A DNA stretch of 64,000 bases. Origin: Plasmodiophora brassicae. Taxonomy: Eukaryota. The notes beneath the pieces were generated by a model. It made no database searches. It worked only from the letters and a program-made list of their open reading frames with translations, and was not told the origin of the DNA. The translations under genes and the position numbers were made by a program. Below are positions 62,374 through 64,000 of this stretch, piece by piece (positions within the stretch are counted from its first letter, which is position 1; every line of letters begins with the position of its first letter). The DNA lies in assembly GCA_036867785.1 (NCBI GenBank), contig CP145409.1:186001-250000 (forward strand), given 5' to 3'.

Positions 62374-64000
62374 CTACAGCGACCACATCTGCCTGACCTC
62401 GTCGGGGCTCATTGCACGGGAGGCGCCCGCGTGAATCGCTAACGGGGCCGGATCGTCTGCAGCGTCACCCGGGGCAGGATCATGGTGTTCCTTTTCACCG
62501 ACGGTGCCCAGCGAGCCTCCGATCACGGCCATCGGGTCGACATCCGCAAGGAACGCATCGGTCTGGTCGGAACCGACGCGAGCCTCCAGTGCATTGCAGA
62601 GTAGGACGGCGCCCTGGCGAACAGCAGGGTGCTGATGCAGCAGGCACGCCCTGACGAACGGCATCACGATGGCGACGGGGACCTCTGCGGTGCCGAACTC
62701 GCGCACGATCTCGTCCAAGGCCTGAAGTCGTCCCAGTCGCTGTCGCCAGTCGTCGCCAGAAGCGGTTAACGCGTTCAGGATCGCGGTCGGTCCAGCGTGC
62801 CAGTGCTCGATCAAGGCGCGAATCGCGTCGCGTCGAACGTCAGGACACCCGTCGCTGGCCAGGTTGATGCAAACTGGCAGAACGACGTCGAGTGTCGCCT
62901 GCCGGACGAGATGCAGAGCCATCCGACGAACGGGCCACGCCTTATCATGGGCTAGGAGACCAGCGATGCGATCCCTTCCGGCAACGACGACCTGGTCGTC
63001 GGGATAGTCGTCGATGATGGCACAGATTCGGGAGACGGCGTGTAATCGTCGTGATTGTGACGGGGACGCAAGGGCCGCCATCGTCGTCTGCTCGCCAAAC
63101 AGCTCAAACAGTGGGTGTACTTGATCCAGGTCTGGATCTGGTTGCCCATCGACATCATCCTTATCCAACGATGAGGCATCGATTCGCGGCGACGACGCCG
63201 ACGTCGGTTTGCCGGCGTGCTTGACCGGGGCCTCTGGCAGCAGATGACGAGGGTCTCTGCCATCGAGGTCGGCAACGGCACGCGTGGCACGTTCCAGAGC
63301 GCCGTTCAGGTCGGCAACGAAATCGCCAGGCGCATCGCCGGCCACCCTCGCCAGTCGACGTTCGCGTTCAACGACGCGTGCGTTGGACGCGATCTCGGCA
63401 ATCGTCGTCATGCAGACCGCGATGGCGCCGGCCTCAGCCTGCAGGCCGCGACCCAGGCACCGTTGACGTCGGCGCTGCAAGCGCTCCAGATGCTTCGTGC
63501 AGTAATCCGACAGTGCCTGGAACGGTCTGTCACCCGTCTCGTCCGCCAACAGCAGCAGGTCGCGATCGGCGACCAGGCCGACGTCGCACAGGATCCCATC
63601 TACCTTCTCGGATCGCCCTGCTCGACCAGGTTCGCCTCCGTCCGCCACCGTTGTACGTCGCGGGATGACGACTTCTCTGTCGTCGACCTCTACAGGGGCC
63701 GGAACGTGTCGCTTCCGCCCATGGACGCGCAGGGCGACGAGATGCACCTGGTTGTACGTGTTCGACTGGGCCTCGTGGCACCCGGCGACGGAGACGATGA
63801 GCCGATAACCGCAGGATGGAGACTCGAAGACGACGCGTCGTTGTTGCCGCCGGCCGATGGGTTCGAATTCGACCACGCCGATCCGTCGACGACGCCGGCC
63901 GTCGAACAGCACAACGGCGGTGGGCGTTGCGTTCGCAGCGACCACGATATCGATCCGGTCGACGATGGTGGGCCCGGGCAGGTCAACGGTCAGGTCGGCC
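62374..64000 (-). CDS. CEP104-like ciliary protein (jelly-roll + HEAT/TOG), 5' end outside the window
   Basis: SNTYNQVHLVALRVHG resembles the CEP104 N-domain motif; later HEAT repeats WPVRRMAL, DVRRDAI, DWRQRLGRL, HPAVRQGA. Confidence 0.6.
   Translation of the reverse strand, partial: ADLTVDLPGPTIVDRIDIVVAANATPTAVVLFDGRRRRRIGVVEFEPIGRRQQRRVVFESPSCGYRLIVSVAGCHEAQSNTYNQVHLVALRVHGRKRHVPAPVEVDDREVVIPRRTTVADGGEPGRAGRSEKVDGILCDVGLVADRDLLLLADETGDRPFQALSDYCTKHLERLQRRRQRCLGRGLQAEAGAIAVCMTTIAEIASNARVVERERRLARVAGDAPGDFVADLNGALERATRAVADLDGRDPRHLLPEAPVKHAGKPTSASSPRIDASSLDKDDVDGQPDPDLDQVHPLFELFGEQTTMAALASPSQSRRLHAVSRICAIIDDYPDDQVVVAGRDRIAGLLAHDKAWPVRRMALHLVRQATLDVVLPVCINLASDGCPDVRRDAIRALIEHWHAGPTAILNALTASGDDWRQRLGRLQALDEIVREFGTAEVPVAIVMPFVRACLLHQHPAVRQGAVLLCNALEARVGSDQTDAFLADVDPMAVIGGSLGTVGEKEHHDPAPGDAADDPAPLAIHAGASRAMSPDEVRQMWSL

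Overview
Eukaryotic, GC-rich and very gene-dense window with about 35 intron-containing protein genes (introns mostly 50-70 nt, intergenic gaps often under 200 nt) and one tRNA-Arg(ACG). The ORF track fragments most genes, so the models below are spliced by eye and their boundaries are approximate. Compactness, short introns, ciliary genes (CEP104-like, FAM149-like, Tctex1) and signal-peptide/ankyrin proteins suggest a flagellated protist, possibly a phytomyxid such as Plasmodiophora (inference only). Housekeeping genes include Msp1/ATAD1, SF3B6, calmodulin, an RluA-family pseudouridine synthase, CABIN1-like, PEX12, GH89 NAGLU, WBP11-like, MDC1-like, CC2D1, DYNLT, PIG-B, Rad21/Rec8, exosome MTR3-like, MALSU1, UBC6 and MIOX. 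Most notable observations: (1) a non-coding long fold-back at 9042-9434 whose core substitutions are G-U compatible on the + strand; (2) a signal peptide + F-box + ankyrin protein; (3) a secreted acidic protein built from tandem ATG8-interacting-like motifs; (4) a stand-alone type III polyketide synthase; (5) a small SILK+RVxF+CaaX protein; (6) an F-box membrane protein; (7) GC-AG introns and a 9-nt microexon. No CRISPR array, rRNA or intact transposase was seen.
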